Shown here piece by piece: positions 18,672 through 29,322 of a DNA stretch of 64,000 nucleotides. The notes below the pieces were generated by a model, which saw only the letters and a list, made by a program, of their open reading frames with translations, was not told the origin of the DNA and did no database searches. Location of the stretch: NCBI GenBank assembly GCA_038237435.1, contig JBBRYT010000001.1, positions 152,656 to 216,655 of the forward strand. Reading direction: 5' to 3'. The translations under genes were made by a program, and so were the position numbers. The DNA comes from Chthoniobacterales bacterium (GTDB lineage Bacteria > Verrucomicrobiota > Verrucomicrobiia > Chthoniobacterales > UBA10450). The number at the start of each line of letters is the position of its first letter. The first letter of the stretch is position 1.

Positions 18672-20144
18672 TCACGGATCGAGATCGTAAACTTCCACCA
18701 TGCCGATGCCGGTGAGGTTATTTACTCCGCGCACGAAGGCCGTGTAAGTGCCGGGCGCGAGGTTCGCCATCACCGCGCTCTCCAAAGGATTACCTGGCGC
18801 TCGACCGCTGGCAGTGATCTGCGCCTGCTGAGGACTGGCGGACCAGTTGTCGTTCGAAGCGGTCATTTGTCCGTTGCTGTTGTAAATTTCCAGGCTGGGA
18901 TCGAGTAACGCGCCAGGAATAGCTCCGGCCAAAGATGGGCCAAGCGCGCGAATGATCACATTCTTGTTCCCGCTGCCCTGGACGATGAAGCCCCCGATGA
19001 GCACTTCATCTCCGACGCCGATGTTGCCCCGCGTGGAGACATTCATGAAACGCGTGGTCGGCCCATTCAACTCGTAGGCTTCCACCATGGCAATACCCTC
19101 AGTGTTGTTCTGTCCGCGAATGATAGTGGTGTAAGTGCCCGGCTGAAGGGTCGCGATGAGCGCGGGCTCGGCGGGATCATTTGGCGCCAGACCGCTCGCG
19201 GAAATCGGACCCGCTTGGGTTCCCGATTGCCAATCGTCATTTTGCGCAATGATGGCTCCCGTGCTGTCGTGCAATTCCAAAACCGGGTTCTGCATGACGC
19301 CGCTGAGCCCAGCCGCGGAGAGCGATGGGCCCGGTGCGCGCAAGAGTATTTGCTTCGAAGTCGATCCCTGAATGATAAAGCCGCCGATGAGATTTTGATC
19401 ACCAAGGCCGACCTTCATCCGAGTGGAAATATTCGTCAGACGCGCGGTGGTCGGGGCCGGCGTGGGAGAAGGCGTCGGGGTTGGGGCCGGCGCGCCATAC
19501 ATCGCTTGCGCGCCGGCGATATCGTCGCTCGCGAGAATTTCGCGATCACTGATCGTCGGGTTCATGATGTCGTCACCACTTTGATGTTGCAAGCCGATGC
19601 CGTGTCCGAGTTCATGCAAAAAAACGCGGCGAATATCTGCGATCGCGTAACCGTTGCTGCCAAACTTCAAGTTCCCGCGATAGGAATCGAACGTCTGGGC
19701 GCGATTGAAAAGGACATCGGCTTCAATCATCGCACTACCCTGAGTCATGTAGTAGGTGACCGCGAGAGTGCCGCTGCCGAAGGCTTGACCGTAAACGCTG
19801 TTGGCAAACACCACCGAGTTCACGCGGTCGCCCGACGAGGCTGGCGCAGAGGAGTCCATGACCGCGGTCAATTGGACGCGCTGCATCTGTGAGTTCCACA
19901 TGTTCAGGACCGGGAGGACGGCCGCGTTCCAGGATGTGTTGCCATCCGTGAGGGTGGATGAAGGGCTGCCAAGGCTAAGCTGGAGGACAATGTTAGCGTT
20001 AGTCGGCCAGGTCTTACCGTTGAGCACGTAACCAGAGGCTCCGTGGACAATAGCCAAGGCTAAGGCGGCAAAGAAAAAACGGGATCTTAAGCGAAAGAAG
20101 ATCAACATCTTCGGAAGCGCAGCGAAACAAACCATAATTTCCAT
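18672..20144 (-). CDS. secreted metzincin (matrixin-like) zinc protease with a Pro/Thr linker and two tandem C-terminal beta-domains
   Basis: HELGHGIGLQH zinc motif and APAPTPTPSPTPAPT linker. It is followed by two roughly 125-aa repeats beginning NISTRMKVGLGD / NVSTRGNIGVGD. The start may be the internal M at 20108. Confidence 0.75.
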   Translation of the reverse strand: MEIMVCFAALPKMLIFFRLRSRFFFAALALAIVHGASGYVLNGKTWPTNANIVLQLSLGSPSSTLTDGNTSWNAAVLPVLNMWNSQMQRVQLTAVMDSSAPASSGDRVNSVVFANSVYGQAFGSGTLAVTYYMTQGSAMIEADVLFNRAQTFDSYRGNLKFGSNGYAIADIRRVFLHELGHGIGLQHQSGDDIMNPTISDREILASDDIAGAQAMYGAPAPTPTPSPTPAPTTARLTNISTRMKVGLGDQNLIGGFIIQGSTSKQILLRAPGPSLSAAGLSGVMQNPVLELHDSTGAIIAQNDDWQSGTQAGPISASGLAPNDPAEPALIATLQPGTYTTIIRGQNNTEGIAMVEAYELNGPTTRFMNVSTRGNIGVGDEVLIGGFIVQGSGNKNVIIRALGPSLAGAIPGALLDPSLEIYNSNGQMTASNDNWSASPQQAQITASGRAPGNPLESAVMANLAPGTYTAFVRGVNNLTGIGMVEVYDLDP

Positions 20145-20281
20145 AAAAGCAGGAACCGTACGCAGCGCCGCGGACTTTGAAGTTTTTTACGGAAAGTTCA
20201 AGGCATCCGAATTCTACGAGTCAAAGCTCTGCAGAAATCGGGAACGAAAAGCAGGTTCCGTCCGCAAAACCGACGCTGTCG

Positions 20282-20312
20282 AACAAAACATGGAACGCGT
20301 TATGACGCGTTC
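20282..20312 (-). terminator. rho-independent terminator candidate after the lipoprotein gene
   Basis: GAACGCGT-TATG-ACGCGTTC perfect 8-bp stem (20293-20312), followed on the minus strand by TGTTTTGTT. Confidence 0.5.
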
Positions 20313-20316
20313 GACC

Positions 20317-20829
20317 TTACGGCACGATAAAAATTTGCTTCGTGTAGGGGTCTTTGGCTTTGTCGCCCGATTTGTAACCGGTCACATCGATGATGCCCCC
20401 TTTGGGATCGATGCTGTAAACGTAGCCCGGTTTGCCGGGTACAGGTTTAGCGGTAGGGAACTGTGTGGTCGTCGCCGAAGTCTGGCGCGGGCTCGGCGTT
20501 GGACTGGAAGAAACTTTTCGTGAAGCGGAGCTACCAACGTCGTTGCGGGGCCGCGTCGTCTCCTGAGTGGAAGCTGATGAGCGATGGGTCGATGCCCCAC
20601 GACGGACGACTCTTGACGGTGATGCGGCCACCGGCGCGCCGGGAGTAGTTACATCGGAAACCGTGCTCGTCGTCGTAGTGGTGGTTGTTGTTTGATCCTG
20701 ATCAAGGCGCTCGCGCACAAATTTCGCCGGCGCATCGATTACATGGAATGACGTGACCGCGACGTCGTGCACGGTGCGACAACCGGTAAAGACCAACGCG
20801 CTTGCCAGAAGAAAACGCGCGGCGGTCAT
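20317..20829 (-). CDS. Ser/Thr-rich lipoprotein, hypothetical
   Basis: Start at internal ATG 20829 gives MTAARFLLASALVFTGC (lipobox). Low-complexity T/S-rich middle region. Confidence 0.55.
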   Translation of the reverse strand: MTAARFLLASALVFTGCRTVHDVAVTSFHVIDAPAKFVRERLDQDQTTTTTTTTSTVSDVTTPGAPVAASPSRVVRRGASTHRSSASTQETTRPRNDVGSSASRKVSSSPTPSPRQTSATTTQFPTAKPVPGKPGYVYSIDPKGGIIDVTGYKSGDKAKDPYTKQIFIVP

Positions 20830-20873
20830 GGTGGCTATCTCTAAGGGATATCGTCTGCCACGGCTAGAAGATT

Positions 20874-21917
20874 TCAGGAGCGAGCACATAAATCTTTCGC
20901 GTCTTTGACGAATTCATCCACGATTAATTCGTTCGTATTCCACGAACACATCAGCCGGTAGATATCCGGCTCAACGAACTTGTAAAACTGCCAGCCGCGA
21001 ATTTGCAATTGCGCGACTAGCTCCGCGTCCATGCGGAGGAAAACCGAATTCGACTCCTGCGGAAAGACTGGCTCCCAACCAACCGCACTTCTCAGCTTAC
21101 CCGCGAAGGATTTCGCCGAAGCATTGGCGCGCCGCGCATTTTGTAACCAAACGTCATCGCGCAGGAGGCCCAGCCAGGGCGCAGCCAGGAATCGCATCTT
21201 GGAAGCGAGCTGGCCCGCCTGCTTCGCGCGGTAATCAAAATCCTGTGCGAGTTCCTTGTTGAAAAAGATAACGAGCTCGCCGATGCCGACGCCGTTTTTT
21301 ATCCCGCCAAAACAAAGAACGTCGAAGCCGAGCTGCGCAGTGATTTCCTTTGGCTTGCAGCCTAACGAGACCAAGGCATTCGCAAAACGCGCTCCGTCCA
21401 TGTGGAAATACAACGAACGCGCGCGCGCAAATTCTCCGATCGCCGCTAGTTCGTCCCGCGTATAAACGGTGCCAAGCTCGGTCGCTTGCGTCACGCTAAT
21501 CACGCGCGGTTTCGGTGAATGAATTTCGTGCTGCTTCTCCAATATCGCCGCGACCTGCGCGAGATCGAGTTTTCCGTTCGCCCCTGACGTCAGAAGTAAC
21601 TTTGCGCCCCCCGAAAGAAATTCCGGCGCGCCACATTCATCCGTCTCGACGTGCGCGAGTTCGTGGCAGATGACGCTGTGATAGGGCCGGCAAAGATGCG
21701 CGAGTGCCAGACCGTTGGCCGCCGTTCCATTGAAGACCAGAAAGACTTCGCAATCAGCCTCGAATATTTGCCGCACTCGATCGCACAGACGGTCGGTCCA
21801 TTCGTCGTCGCCGTAGGAGGCGACTACCCCAGAATTCGCTTCCTCAAGTGCCCGGAAGGCTTCGGGACAAATTCCGGCCGTGTTGTCACTAGCCAAGTCA
21901 AATCGAGGCACGATCAT
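20874..21917 (-). CDS. ltaE: low-specificity L-threonine aldolase
   Basis: 347 aa. FDLASDNTAGICPEA N-terminus and a PLP-fold beta-eliminating lyase pattern. Confidence 0.85.
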   Translation of the reverse strand: MIVPRFDLASDNTAGICPEAFRALEEANSGVVASYGDDEWTDRLCDRVRQIFEADCEVFLVFNGTAANGLALAHLCRPYHSVICHELAHVETDECGAPEFLSGGAKLLLTSGANGKLDLAQVAAILEKQHEIHSPKPRVISVTQATELGTVYTRDELAAIGEFARARSLYFHMDGARFANALVSLGCKPKEITAQLGFDVLCFGGIKNGVGIGELVIFFNKELAQDFDYRAKQAGQLASKMRFLAAPWLGLLRDDVWLQNARRANASAKSFAGKLRSAVGWEPVFPQESNSVFLRMDAELVAQLQIRGWQFYKFVEPDIYRLMCSWNTNELIVDEFVKDAKDLCARS

Positions 21918-22020
21918 GCCTCACTCTACTCTGGGCAAAAAAAGTTCGCCTGGCAGGAAACGCGAACTCCTACATTCGCGCCTCCACCAGGCGACTCGCC
22001 TCTACTGGTAACTCGCTCTC

Positions 22021-22137
22021 CTAGGTGCAACCACGCAGGAGGAAAAACAAAAGCAAAATTGGAATCGGAATACCTAGCAGCCATAGCAGGATGTAACCTG
22101 CGGCCGCTTTTTCCCCGGCTCGTTCGATTATTTTCAT
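22021..22137 (-). CDS. tiny membrane protein (38 aa from the internal ATG)
   Basis: MKIIERAGEKAAAGYILLWLLGIPIPILLLFFLLRGCT resembles lmo0937-type small membrane proteins. Weak evidence. Confidence 0.35.
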   Translation of the reverse strand: MKIIERAGEKAAAGYILLWLLGIPIPILLLFFLLRGCT

Positions 22138-22229
22138 CGCTAAGAATTCGCATCTGAAATGCGCATCGCGCGTCTCAATCTTACATTTTCCCAGCTTTGC
22201 CGAAGCGGAATCTCGCACTATGATCGGCC

Positions 22230-25200
22230 ATGAGTCTGCAAACGGAGACCGCGCGCCGCGGCGAACAGATTTTTCGTCTGGTCGATCGACATCCCGAATC
22301 GATTTTCACCAAAGCCGGATTCTATCAGCGGATGATGGCGCTCTCCATGAAGGACGAGCATTTCAAGGTGCAGATGTTTCGCTTTGTCGATGTCCTCGCG
22401 ACCATTCATCGGCCGAAAGATATCGTGCAACATTTCGACGAATACTTGAGCACGGTGCAGAACGGCTTCGCGCCCATCCTGAAACCGGTCATTCGTTTGT
22501 CGCACATCTTTTCGGTAATCGCCGGCCCGTTCATGCGCTGGAACGTCTCGGGCATGGCGCGGCAATTCATCTCCGGACGCAATCCGGAAGATGCGATGAA
22601 AGTTCTGCGCAAACGGCGCAAGGAACGGATCGGCTTCACCGTCGACTTGTTAGGCGAAGCAGTCGTGAGCGAGGGCGAAGCAAACGAATACGCTGCCCGT
22701 TGTTTGCATTTGCTCGAAGGTCTGGCGGCGCTGACGCGTGGTTGGACCGATCCGTTAGGCAAAAACGTCGAGCTGTTTCCGGTGGTTAATGTTTCGGTAA
22801 AAATTTCCGCGCTCTATTCGCAGATGAATCCGGCTGATCCGGAAGATGCGATCGCGCATCTCGCGCCGAAGCTGCGCACGATATTGCGGCGCGCGAAAGA
22901 ACTCGGCGCGTTCGTGAACTTCGACATGGAAAGTTACGCGCACAAAAATTCCACGCTCGATCTTTTCAAAACTCTCTTCACCGAGCCGGAGTTCAAAGAT
23001 TGGCCGCACACCGGCATTGTTATCCAGGCCTATCTGCGCGATGCCGAAAAAGATCTGCGCGATCTCATCGCGTGGGCGCGAAACCGCGGCACGCGCTTCA
23101 CCGTGCGCCTAGTCAAAGGCGCCTACTGGGATTACGAACGCATCAAGTCAGCGCAGAACGGCTGGCGCGTTCCAGTCTGGCAGCAGAAGCCGGAGAGCGA
23201 CGCGAACTTCGAAACGTGCACGCGTGTCCTGCTCGAAAACGAAAATATTGTGACCGCCGCGTTCGGTTCGCACAACGTCCGCAGCATCGCGCACGCGCAA
23301 GCCCTCGCGGAACAGCTCGGCATCGATAAGAGCCGCTTCGAATTTCAGCTGCTCTACGGCATGGCCAATCCGATCAAGCGCGCGCTGGTCGAGATGGGTT
23401 ATCGCGTGCGCGAATATTGTCCGGTCGGCGAACTGCTGCCCGGCATGAGCTACCTCGTCAGGCGCTTGCTCGAGAACACTTCGAACGAAGGATTCTTGAA
23501 GGCGAAATTTTCCGACAACGCTTCCGAACAACTGTTGCTGCGCGATCCGACCACGCTCGTTTCGAAACGCTCTCGCGCGGAAACGCATGTTCCGCCGGTT
23601 GAATTCTCACCGGAGGTGGCAGCGAAAATCGATCGGCATGCCTCGATCGATTCTTATTCGCGCAATGGCGCGACCCGCGAAACGCCGCCCGGTGATAGCT
23701 ACGAAAATTCACCGCTCGTTAATTGGGTGCACAAGGAAAGCCAGGAACAGATGCGCGCCGCTTTGCGCGAAGTGCGCACGCGTTTCGGCAAAAAATATCC
23801 GCTCGTCATCGACGGGAAGAAAATCTCGACCAGCAAATGGATGCGTTCGGTTAACCCGAGCAATCCAACCGAAGTTGTAGGTGAAATTGCCGAAGGCGAA
23901 ATCGAGCACGCCGAGCTGGCGGTGAAAGCCGCGCGCAAAGCCTGGAAAAAATGGCGCCTAACGAGTGTTAACGAGCGCGCGGAATTACTCGAGCGCGTCG
24001 CCACGATCATGGACCGGCGGCGCTTCGAATTGTCCGCTCTTGAAGTTTACGAAGTCGGTAAAGCCTGGGCGGAAGCGGACGGCGATATTCGCGAAGCGAT
24101 CGACTTCCTTCTCTTCTACGCGCAACAGATGCGCATCCTCGGCCGGCCGACACTAACGCAGCACGTCCTCGGAGAAGAAAGCTATCAGCATTATTGGCCG
24201 CGCGGTGTCGCACTCGTCATCTCGCCATGGAATTTTCCCATCGCGATCTTATGCGGCATGGTTTCGGCCGCGCTCGTCACCGGCAACACCGTTATCATGA
24301 AGCCGGCCGAGCCGTCGTCCATCACCGGCGCGATGCTGATGGAAATGTTTGAGGAAGCCGGTGTGCCGCCCGGCGTTCTCAACCTTCTTTTCGGACACGG
24401 CTCCGTTGTCGGCGCGCATCTGGTCGATCATCCCGATGTTGAGATGATCGCCTTCACTGGTTCGCGCGAAGTCGGCCTGCGTATCTGGGAATCCGCGGGG
24501 AAAACCCGACCCGGGCAGCGCGAACTGAAACGCGTCGTTTGCGAAATGGGCGGAAAAAACGGCGTGATTGTCGATTCCGATGCCGACCTCGACGAAGCGA
24601 TCATCGACACGGTTTATTCCGCCTTCGGTTATCAGGGACAAAAATGTTCTGCCTGCTCGCGGTTGATCGTACTCGAAGAAAATTACGACCGCGTCGTCGA
24701 ACGACTTATCGCCGCTGTCGCAAGTTTGCGCGTCGGCAATCCCGAAGTCCCCGGCATTTTCGTCGGACCGGTGATCGACGAAAAAGCCTACAACCAAATT
24801 CAAAAACGAATCGCGCAAGGAATGGGCGAAGCGACGCTGGCTTATCAGGCGAAAAATCTGCCCGTAACCGGCTACTTCATTCCGCCGACGATTTTCACCG
24901 ACGTGAAACCAGAGCACACGCTCGCCTGCAATGAAATCTTCGGACCGGTGCTGAGTGTTTTGAAAGCGCGCGATCTCGATCACGCCATCGAAATCGCCAA
25001 CAGCACTGAATACGCGCTCACCGCCGGATTTTTCTCGCGCAGTCCGGCGAACATCGAACGCGTTAAAGGCGCGCTCGTCGCCGGCAACGTTTACATCAAT
25101 CGCAGCTGCACCGGCGCTGTCGTCGGACGTCATCCCTTCGGCGGATTCAAGATGAGCGGCGGCGGCACCAAGGCCGGCGGCGGCGATTACCTGCTCAACT

Positions 25201-25331
25201 TCCTTGTCCCGCGCGTCGTGACCGAAAACATCATGCGCCACGGCTTCGCACCCGAGACGACGCCGATGTATCGGGAAGAATTCGGTGTGACTCGGGGCAA
25301 GAGCGCGAACGGGCAGCACGCGCGCAGCTAA
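22230..25331 (+). CDS. putA: bifunctional proline dehydrogenase / L-glutamate gamma-semialdehyde dehydrogenase
   Basis: 1033 aa. A PRODH barrel region is followed by an aldehyde dehydrogenase domain (FTGSREVG, EMGGKN, GQKCSA). Confidence 0.95.
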   Translation: MSLQTETARRGEQIFRLVDRHPESIFTKAGFYQRMMALSMKDEHFKVQMFRFVDVLATIHRPKDIVQHFDEYLSTVQNGFAPILKPVIRLSHIFSVIAGPFMRWNVSGMARQFISGRNPEDAMKVLRKRRKERIGFTVDLLGEAVVSEGEANEYAARCLHLLEGLAALTRGWTDPLGKNVELFPVVNVSVKISALYSQMNPADPEDAIAHLAPKLRTILRRAKELGAFVNFDMESYAHKNSTLDLFKTLFTEPEFKDWPHTGIVIQAYLRDAEKDLRDLIAWARNRGTRFTVRLVKGAYWDYERIKSAQNGWRVPVWQQKPESDANFETCTRVLLENENIVTAAFGSHNVRSIAHAQALAEQLGIDKSRFEFQLLYGMANPIKRALVEMGYRVREYCPVGELLPGMSYLVRRLLENTSNEGFLKAKFSDNASEQLLLRDPTTLVSKRSRAETHVPPVEFSPEVAAKIDRHASIDSYSRNGATRETPPGDSYENSPLVNWVHKESQEQMRAALREVRTRFGKKYPLVIDGKKISTSKWMRSVNPSNPTEVVGEIAEGEIEHAELAVKAARKAWKKWRLTSVNERAELLERVATIMDRRRFELSALEVYEVGKAWAEADGDIREAIDFLLFYAQQMRILGRPTLTQHVLGEESYQHYWPRGVALVISPWNFPIAILCGMVSAALVTGNTVIMKPAEPSSITGAMLMEMFEEAGVPPGVLNLLFGHGSVVGAHLVDHPDVEMIAFTGSREVGLRIWESAGKTRPGQRELKRVVCEMGGKNGVIVDSDADLDEAIIDTVYSAFGYQGQKCSACSRLIVLEENYDRVVERLIAAVASLRVGNPEVPGIFVGPVIDEKAYNQIQKRIAQGMGEATLAYQAKNLPVTGYFIPPTIFTDVKPEHTLACNEIFGPVLSVLKARDLDHAIEIANSTEYALTAGFFSRSPANIERVKGALVAGNVYINRSCTGAVVGRHPFGGFKMSGGGTKAGGGDYLLNFLVPRVVTENIMRHGFAPETTPMYREEFGVTRGKSANGQHARS

Positions 25332-25336
25332 CGTTC

Positions 25337-26005
25337 ATGCTTTATGTGATCGGGACCCCGATCGGGAATCTCAACGACATTACGTTGCGCGCACTGGAGA
25401 TTCTGAAATCCGTCGATTTGATTGCAGCCGAAGACACGCGGCATTCCGGAAACTTGTTGCGCCATTTCGAAATTCGGAAACCGCTCGTGAGCTATCACGA
25501 GCACAATGAGGCGATGCGGACGGCGGAGCTTTCGGAACGACTCGTTAGGGGAGAAAACATCGCGCTAATTACCGACGCCGGGATGCCGGGTTTATCCGAT
25601 CCGGGCGCGCGATTGATTCGCGCCTGTATCGAACGCGATCTTCCTTACACCATCATTCCAGGCGCTTCGGCAATTTTGACCGCACTGGTCGGATCGGGAT
25701 TTCCACTCGAGCGCTTTTGTTACCGCGGATTCCTGCCGCCGAAAAGTGGCGGGCGCGAAAGAGAACTGCGCGCGGCGGCGGAGCGTGACGAGACAACCGT
25801 CTTTTTCGAATCGCCGCACAAGATTGCGAAGACCCTGACTGCCTGTGTTGAGCTCATGCCGGAGCGGCAACTCTGCGTAGCGCGCGAGTTGACCAAGAAA
25901 TTCGAAGAGTTCCGTCGCGGAACAGCAGCCGCACTATTGGCCCACTACGAAGCACATCCGGCCAAGGGCGAAATCACGCTCTTGATTCGCGGCAAAGAGG
26001 ACTGA
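25337..26005 (+). CDS. rsmI: 16S rRNA (cytidine1402-2'-O)-methyltransferase
   Basis: LYVIGTPIGNLNDITLRALEILKSVDLIAAEDTR, typical of the RsmI tetrapyrrole-methylase fold. Confidence 0.9.
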   Translation: MLYVIGTPIGNLNDITLRALEILKSVDLIAAEDTRHSGNLLRHFEIRKPLVSYHEHNEAMRTAELSERLVRGENIALITDAGMPGLSDPGARLIRACIERDLPYTIIPGASAILTALVGSGFPLERFCYRGFLPPKSGGRERELRAAAERDETTVFFESPHKIAKTLTACVELMPERQLCVARELTKKFEEFRRGTAAALLAHYEAHPAKGEITLLIRGKED

Positions 26006-26059
26006 CTTTCCACTTGTCAGGCGCGCGGAGTCGTGTGACTGTGCGCGACTTTTTCCCAA

Positions 26060-26392
26060 ATGGCTTTCGCAATTATTAAATCAGGCGGCCGACAACACCG
26101 CGTTTCCAAAGGCGACATCGTCGAGGTCGATTTCCTTGACGTTGAGGTCGGCAAGGAAGGTGTTTTCGGCGATGTGCTTTTTGTCGGTGACGGCGAGAAT
26201 TTCAAGCAAGGCTCGCCGTTGATCGAAGGCGCCACTGTGACTGGTGAGATAATCGAACAGCGCAAGGACAAGAAGGTCATCGCGTTCAAGTATCGCCGCC
26301 GCAAAGGTTATCACCGTACCGTTGGGCATCGCCGAAAATTGACGCGTGTAAAGATTACCGAGATCAGCCTCGAAGCCCCGAAAAAGAAATAG
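26060..26392 (+). CDS. rplU: 50S ribosomal protein L21
   Basis: [19 protein letters not shown]. Confidence 0.95.
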   Translation: MAFAIIKSGGRQHRVSKGDIVEVDFLDVEVGKEGVFGDVLFVGDGENFKQGSPLIEGATVTGEIIEQRKDKKVIAFKYRRRKGYHRTVGHRRKLTRVKITEISLEAPKKK

Positions 26393-26394
26393 TC

Positions 26395-26649
26395 ATGGCT
26401 CATAAAAAAGGACAGGGCAGCGTTAAGAACGGCCGCGACAGCGTCAGCAAACGTCTGGGCGTGAAAAAATTCGGCAGTGAAGCGGTCGTCGCCGGCAACA
26501 TCATCATCCGCCAGCGTGGAACTAAATTTGTCCCAGGCAAAAACGTCGGGCTCGGCCGCGATTACACTATTTTTGCTTTAGTTGACGGTCAGGTTCGTTT
26601 TGACCGTGCTGGTCGGCGCGTCAACGTCGAGCCGGTTGCCGCGAAGTAA
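26395..26649 (+). CDS. rpmA: 50S ribosomal protein L27
   Basis: [16 protein letters not shown]. Confidence 0.95.
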   Translation: MAHKKGQGSVKNGRDSVSKRLGVKKFGSEAVVAGNIIIRQRGTKFVPGKNVGLGRDYTIFALVDGQVRFDRAGRRVNVEPVAAK

Positions 26650-26754
26650 TTCCCGCTCCGTATTTTTCCGCACGATTTTTTGCGGACTCGTTAGGCACGG
26701 ACGATCTGGTTGGTTGTCTCCGGGTCATTATTTGCGCTATAACCGAAAACACTC

Positions 26755-27363
26755 ATGAAATACCGCACCCATCTTCTTTTCGGACCGCCCGGGAGCGGTA
26801 AGGGCACACAAGGCAAGATTCTCGGCAGCATTCCGCGCTATTTCCATTGTGCCTGCGGCGATGTTTTTCGCTCGATCGACACGCGCACTCCGGTGGGTCG
26901 GGCTTTTCTCGATTATTCGAGCAAGGGCGAGCTGGTGCCGGATGAGATCACTGTGCAGCTGTGGAAGGCGCGCATCGATTCGATGGTGGATGGGCACAGT
27001 TTCAAGCCGGACATCGATGTTCTCGTGCTCGATGGGATTCCGCGAAATGTCGGACAGGCCAAGATCATGGATGAACTGATCGACGTGGAAAAAGTGTTCC
27101 ACTTGTCCTGCCCGAATCGTGAAGCGCTTTACACGCGACTAAAGAAACGTGCGCTAAAAGACAACCGACTCGACGATGCGAACGAGGAAGTGATCAAGCG
27201 TCGCCTCGCCACTTACGAGCAGGAATCAAAACCGGTGCTCGATTATTACAGCAAGGATCGCATCACCTGCATTGACGCGACTGAGCCGCCGGCGAAAGTT
27301 TTGCTACACATTCTTGAGAGTGTGAACGGGATCAACGGGCAGCATGAGCCAGCAACAGTTTGA
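26755..27363 (+). CDS. adk: adenylate kinase
   Basis: P-loop GPPGSGKGTQ, with NMP-binding and short lid regions. Confidence 0.9.
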   Translation: MKYRTHLLFGPPGSGKGTQGKILGSIPRYFHCACGDVFRSIDTRTPVGRAFLDYSSKGELVPDEITVQLWKARIDSMVDGHSFKPDIDVLVLDGIPRNVGQAKIMDELIDVEKVFHLSCPNREALYTRLKKRALKDNRLDDANEEVIKRRLATYEQESKPVLDYYSKDRITCIDATEPPAKVLLHILESVNGINGQHEPATV

Positions 27364-27592
27364 GAATTTCACCGCTTCAAGTCTCTACTGCGAGAAATGC
27401 AAAACCGCCATGCCGGTGCGCGAACGGTTGCTGCTCGTTCTGCCTGACAAAGAGATTTACGATTATCTCTGCACCGGTTGCGCGTCGTCGGTAGGTTCAC
27501 GCGAAATCACCGCGGGGGAGAAGATCCTGGCGCAACAAACGACTGCGCGCCGAGCGAAACGTCCTCGCCCCGTTCAACAAATTCGACTCTAG
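27344..27592 (+). CDS. hypothetical zinc-ribbon protein
   Basis: 82 aa with a CEKC ... CTGC pair and a basic tail. Overlaps the adk end by 20 nt. Confidence 0.4.
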   Translation: MSQQQFENFTASSLYCEKCKTAMPVRERLLLVLPDKEIYDYLCTGCASSVGSREITAGEKILAQQTTARRAKRPRPVQQIRL

Positions 27593-27599
27593 ACGCGAC

Positions 27600-28523
27600 A
27601 TGCGCGTCGTCTTTATCGGCACGGGCGAAATTGGCTTGCCAACGCTGCGCTGGCTGCAGGCGAGTGAGCAGCATTCGTTAGTCGGCCTCGTCACGCAACC
27701 GGACAAACCGGTCGGGCGGGCTCAACACATCGAAGCGCCGCCAATCAAAGCCGGCCTAACGAGTGGTTCGATTCCGATGCTACAGCCTGCGCGGATCAAG
27801 CAAGCCGTCGAGGAAATTCAGCAGCTGGAACCGGACGTGATCGTCGTCATGGCCTACGGGCAAATCTTGCCTCGCGTGGTGCTGGAAATTCCGCGCGTCG
27901 CCTGTTTGAACTTGCACGCCTCGCTCCTCCCGAGACATCGCGGCGCCGCGCCGATTCAAGCAGCGATTGTGTCGGGCGATTCTGAAACTGGAATCACGGT
28001 CATGTATATGGATGAGGGCCTCGATACCGGGGACATTCTCGTGCAATCGAAGATGGCGATCTCGCCTAACGAGACCGGCGGATCGCTGCACGATCGGTTG
28101 GCGAAGATTGCCCCGGCCGCGTTACGTGACGGGCTTGCTCAACTCGCGTCCGGTAGCGCTGTGCGAGTTCCTCAAGATTCGAATGCTGCGACTTATGCGC
28201 CGAAACTGGAGCGTGACGATGGACTCATTGATTGGCGAGAATCGGCGGACAAGATCGAGCGAAAGATTCGCGCCTTCCACCCGTGGCCGGGCAGTTACAC
28301 AAACCTCCGCGACGCGAGCAACCAGCTGCGGAAGCTAAAGATTCTCTCCGCCACCGTTGTCCCGACTTCCACGATCGCGCCGGGAGTGATCGATGGAGTT
28401 GCCATTGGGGCCGCTGACGGCGCACTTTTGTTGAACCAAGTCCAACTCGAGGGGAAGAGGCGGATGAGTGCGGCCGATTTCGCGCGCGGTCATCCCTGGC
28501 TACAGCAGGCGTGTTGCGATTAA
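27600..28523 (+). CDS. fmt: methionyl-tRNA formyltransferase
   Basis: MRVVFIGTGEIGLPTL, HASLLPRHRGAAPIQ. Confidence 0.95.
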   Translation: MRVVFIGTGEIGLPTLRWLQASEQHSLVGLVTQPDKPVGRAQHIEAPPIKAGLTSGSIPMLQPARIKQAVEEIQQLEPDVIVVMAYGQILPRVVLEIPRVACLNLHASLLPRHRGAAPIQAAIVSGDSETGITVMYMDEGLDTGDILVQSKMAISPNETGGSLHDRLAKIAPAALRDGLAQLASGSAVRVPQDSNAATYAPKLERDDGLIDWRESADKIERKIRAFHPWPGSYTNLRDASNQLRKLKILSATVVPTSTIAPGVIDGVAIGAADGALLLNQVQLEGKRRMSAADFARGHPWLQQACCD

Positions 28524-28553
28524 ATCCTTCACAAGGCCGGTTCCTTCTGTTGA

Positions 28554-29285
28554 ATGTTTCCGGCCATGGCCGCGCCCGTTTATAAACGCATCGTCCTCAA
28601 ACTGAGCGGCGAAGCTTTGCGCGAGCCGGGAGCGAAGGAAAATATTTCGCCGGAGATCGTGCGTGAGATCGCGCATCGCGTGAAGGAAGTGCGCGACCTC
28701 GGCGTGCAAACTTCCGTCGTGATCGGCGGCGGCAATATCTGGCGCGGTCTAACCGCCAGTCACAAAGGGATGGACCGGACCACCGCAGATTACATGGGCA
28801 TGCTCGCGACGGTTATCAATGGCCTCGCGTTGAAAAGCGCGCTGGAGGAACTCTCGGTCGATACGCGGGTGCAGACCGCGATCGACATGCGCAATGTCGC
28901 GGAGCCTTTCATTCTTGGGCGCGCGATTCGCCATCTGGAGGTGGGACGCGTCGTTATTTTCGTCGCCGGCACGGGCAATCCATATTTTTCCACTGACACC
29001 ACGGCCGCGCTACGTGCGAGCGAAATCCGCGCAAACGTCATTCTCAAAGCGACAAAGGTCGATGGTATTTACGATTCCGACCCGACGAAAAATGCCGGGG
29101 CGAAACGCTTCGATCGCATCACTTTCAGCGAAGCCCTGACGAAACGTTTGCAGGTAATGGATTCGACGGCGTTCAGTCTTTGCATGGACAACAAGATTCC
29201 GATCGTGGTCTTCGACATGAACACGCCGAGTAATTTTACCGACATCGTCCTCGGCAAGCATGTCGGCACGATCGTGACGGAATGA
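28554..29285 (+). CDS. pyrH: UMP kinase
   Basis: [23 protein letters not shown]. Confidence 0.95.
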   Translation: MFPAMAAPVYKRIVLKLSGEALREPGAKENISPEIVREIAHRVKEVRDLGVQTSVVIGGGNIWRGLTASHKGMDRTTADYMGMLATVINGLALKSALEELSVDTRVQTAIDMRNVAEPFILGRAIRHLEVGRVVIFVAGTGNPYFSTDTTAALRASEIRANVILKATKVDGIYDSDPTKNAGAKRFDRITFSEALTKRLQVMDSTAFSLCMDNKIPIVVFDMNTPSNFTDIVLGKHVGTIVTE

Positions 29286-29322
29286 TTGCGGACCGTTGAG
29301 TGCTGATTGAGAGTCCACACGC

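Noticed and set aside
24249-25319. 356-aa ORF antisense to putA
   Set aside because: It lies entirely within the aldehyde dehydrogenase domain of putA and has no recognisable motifs. It is a shadow ORF.
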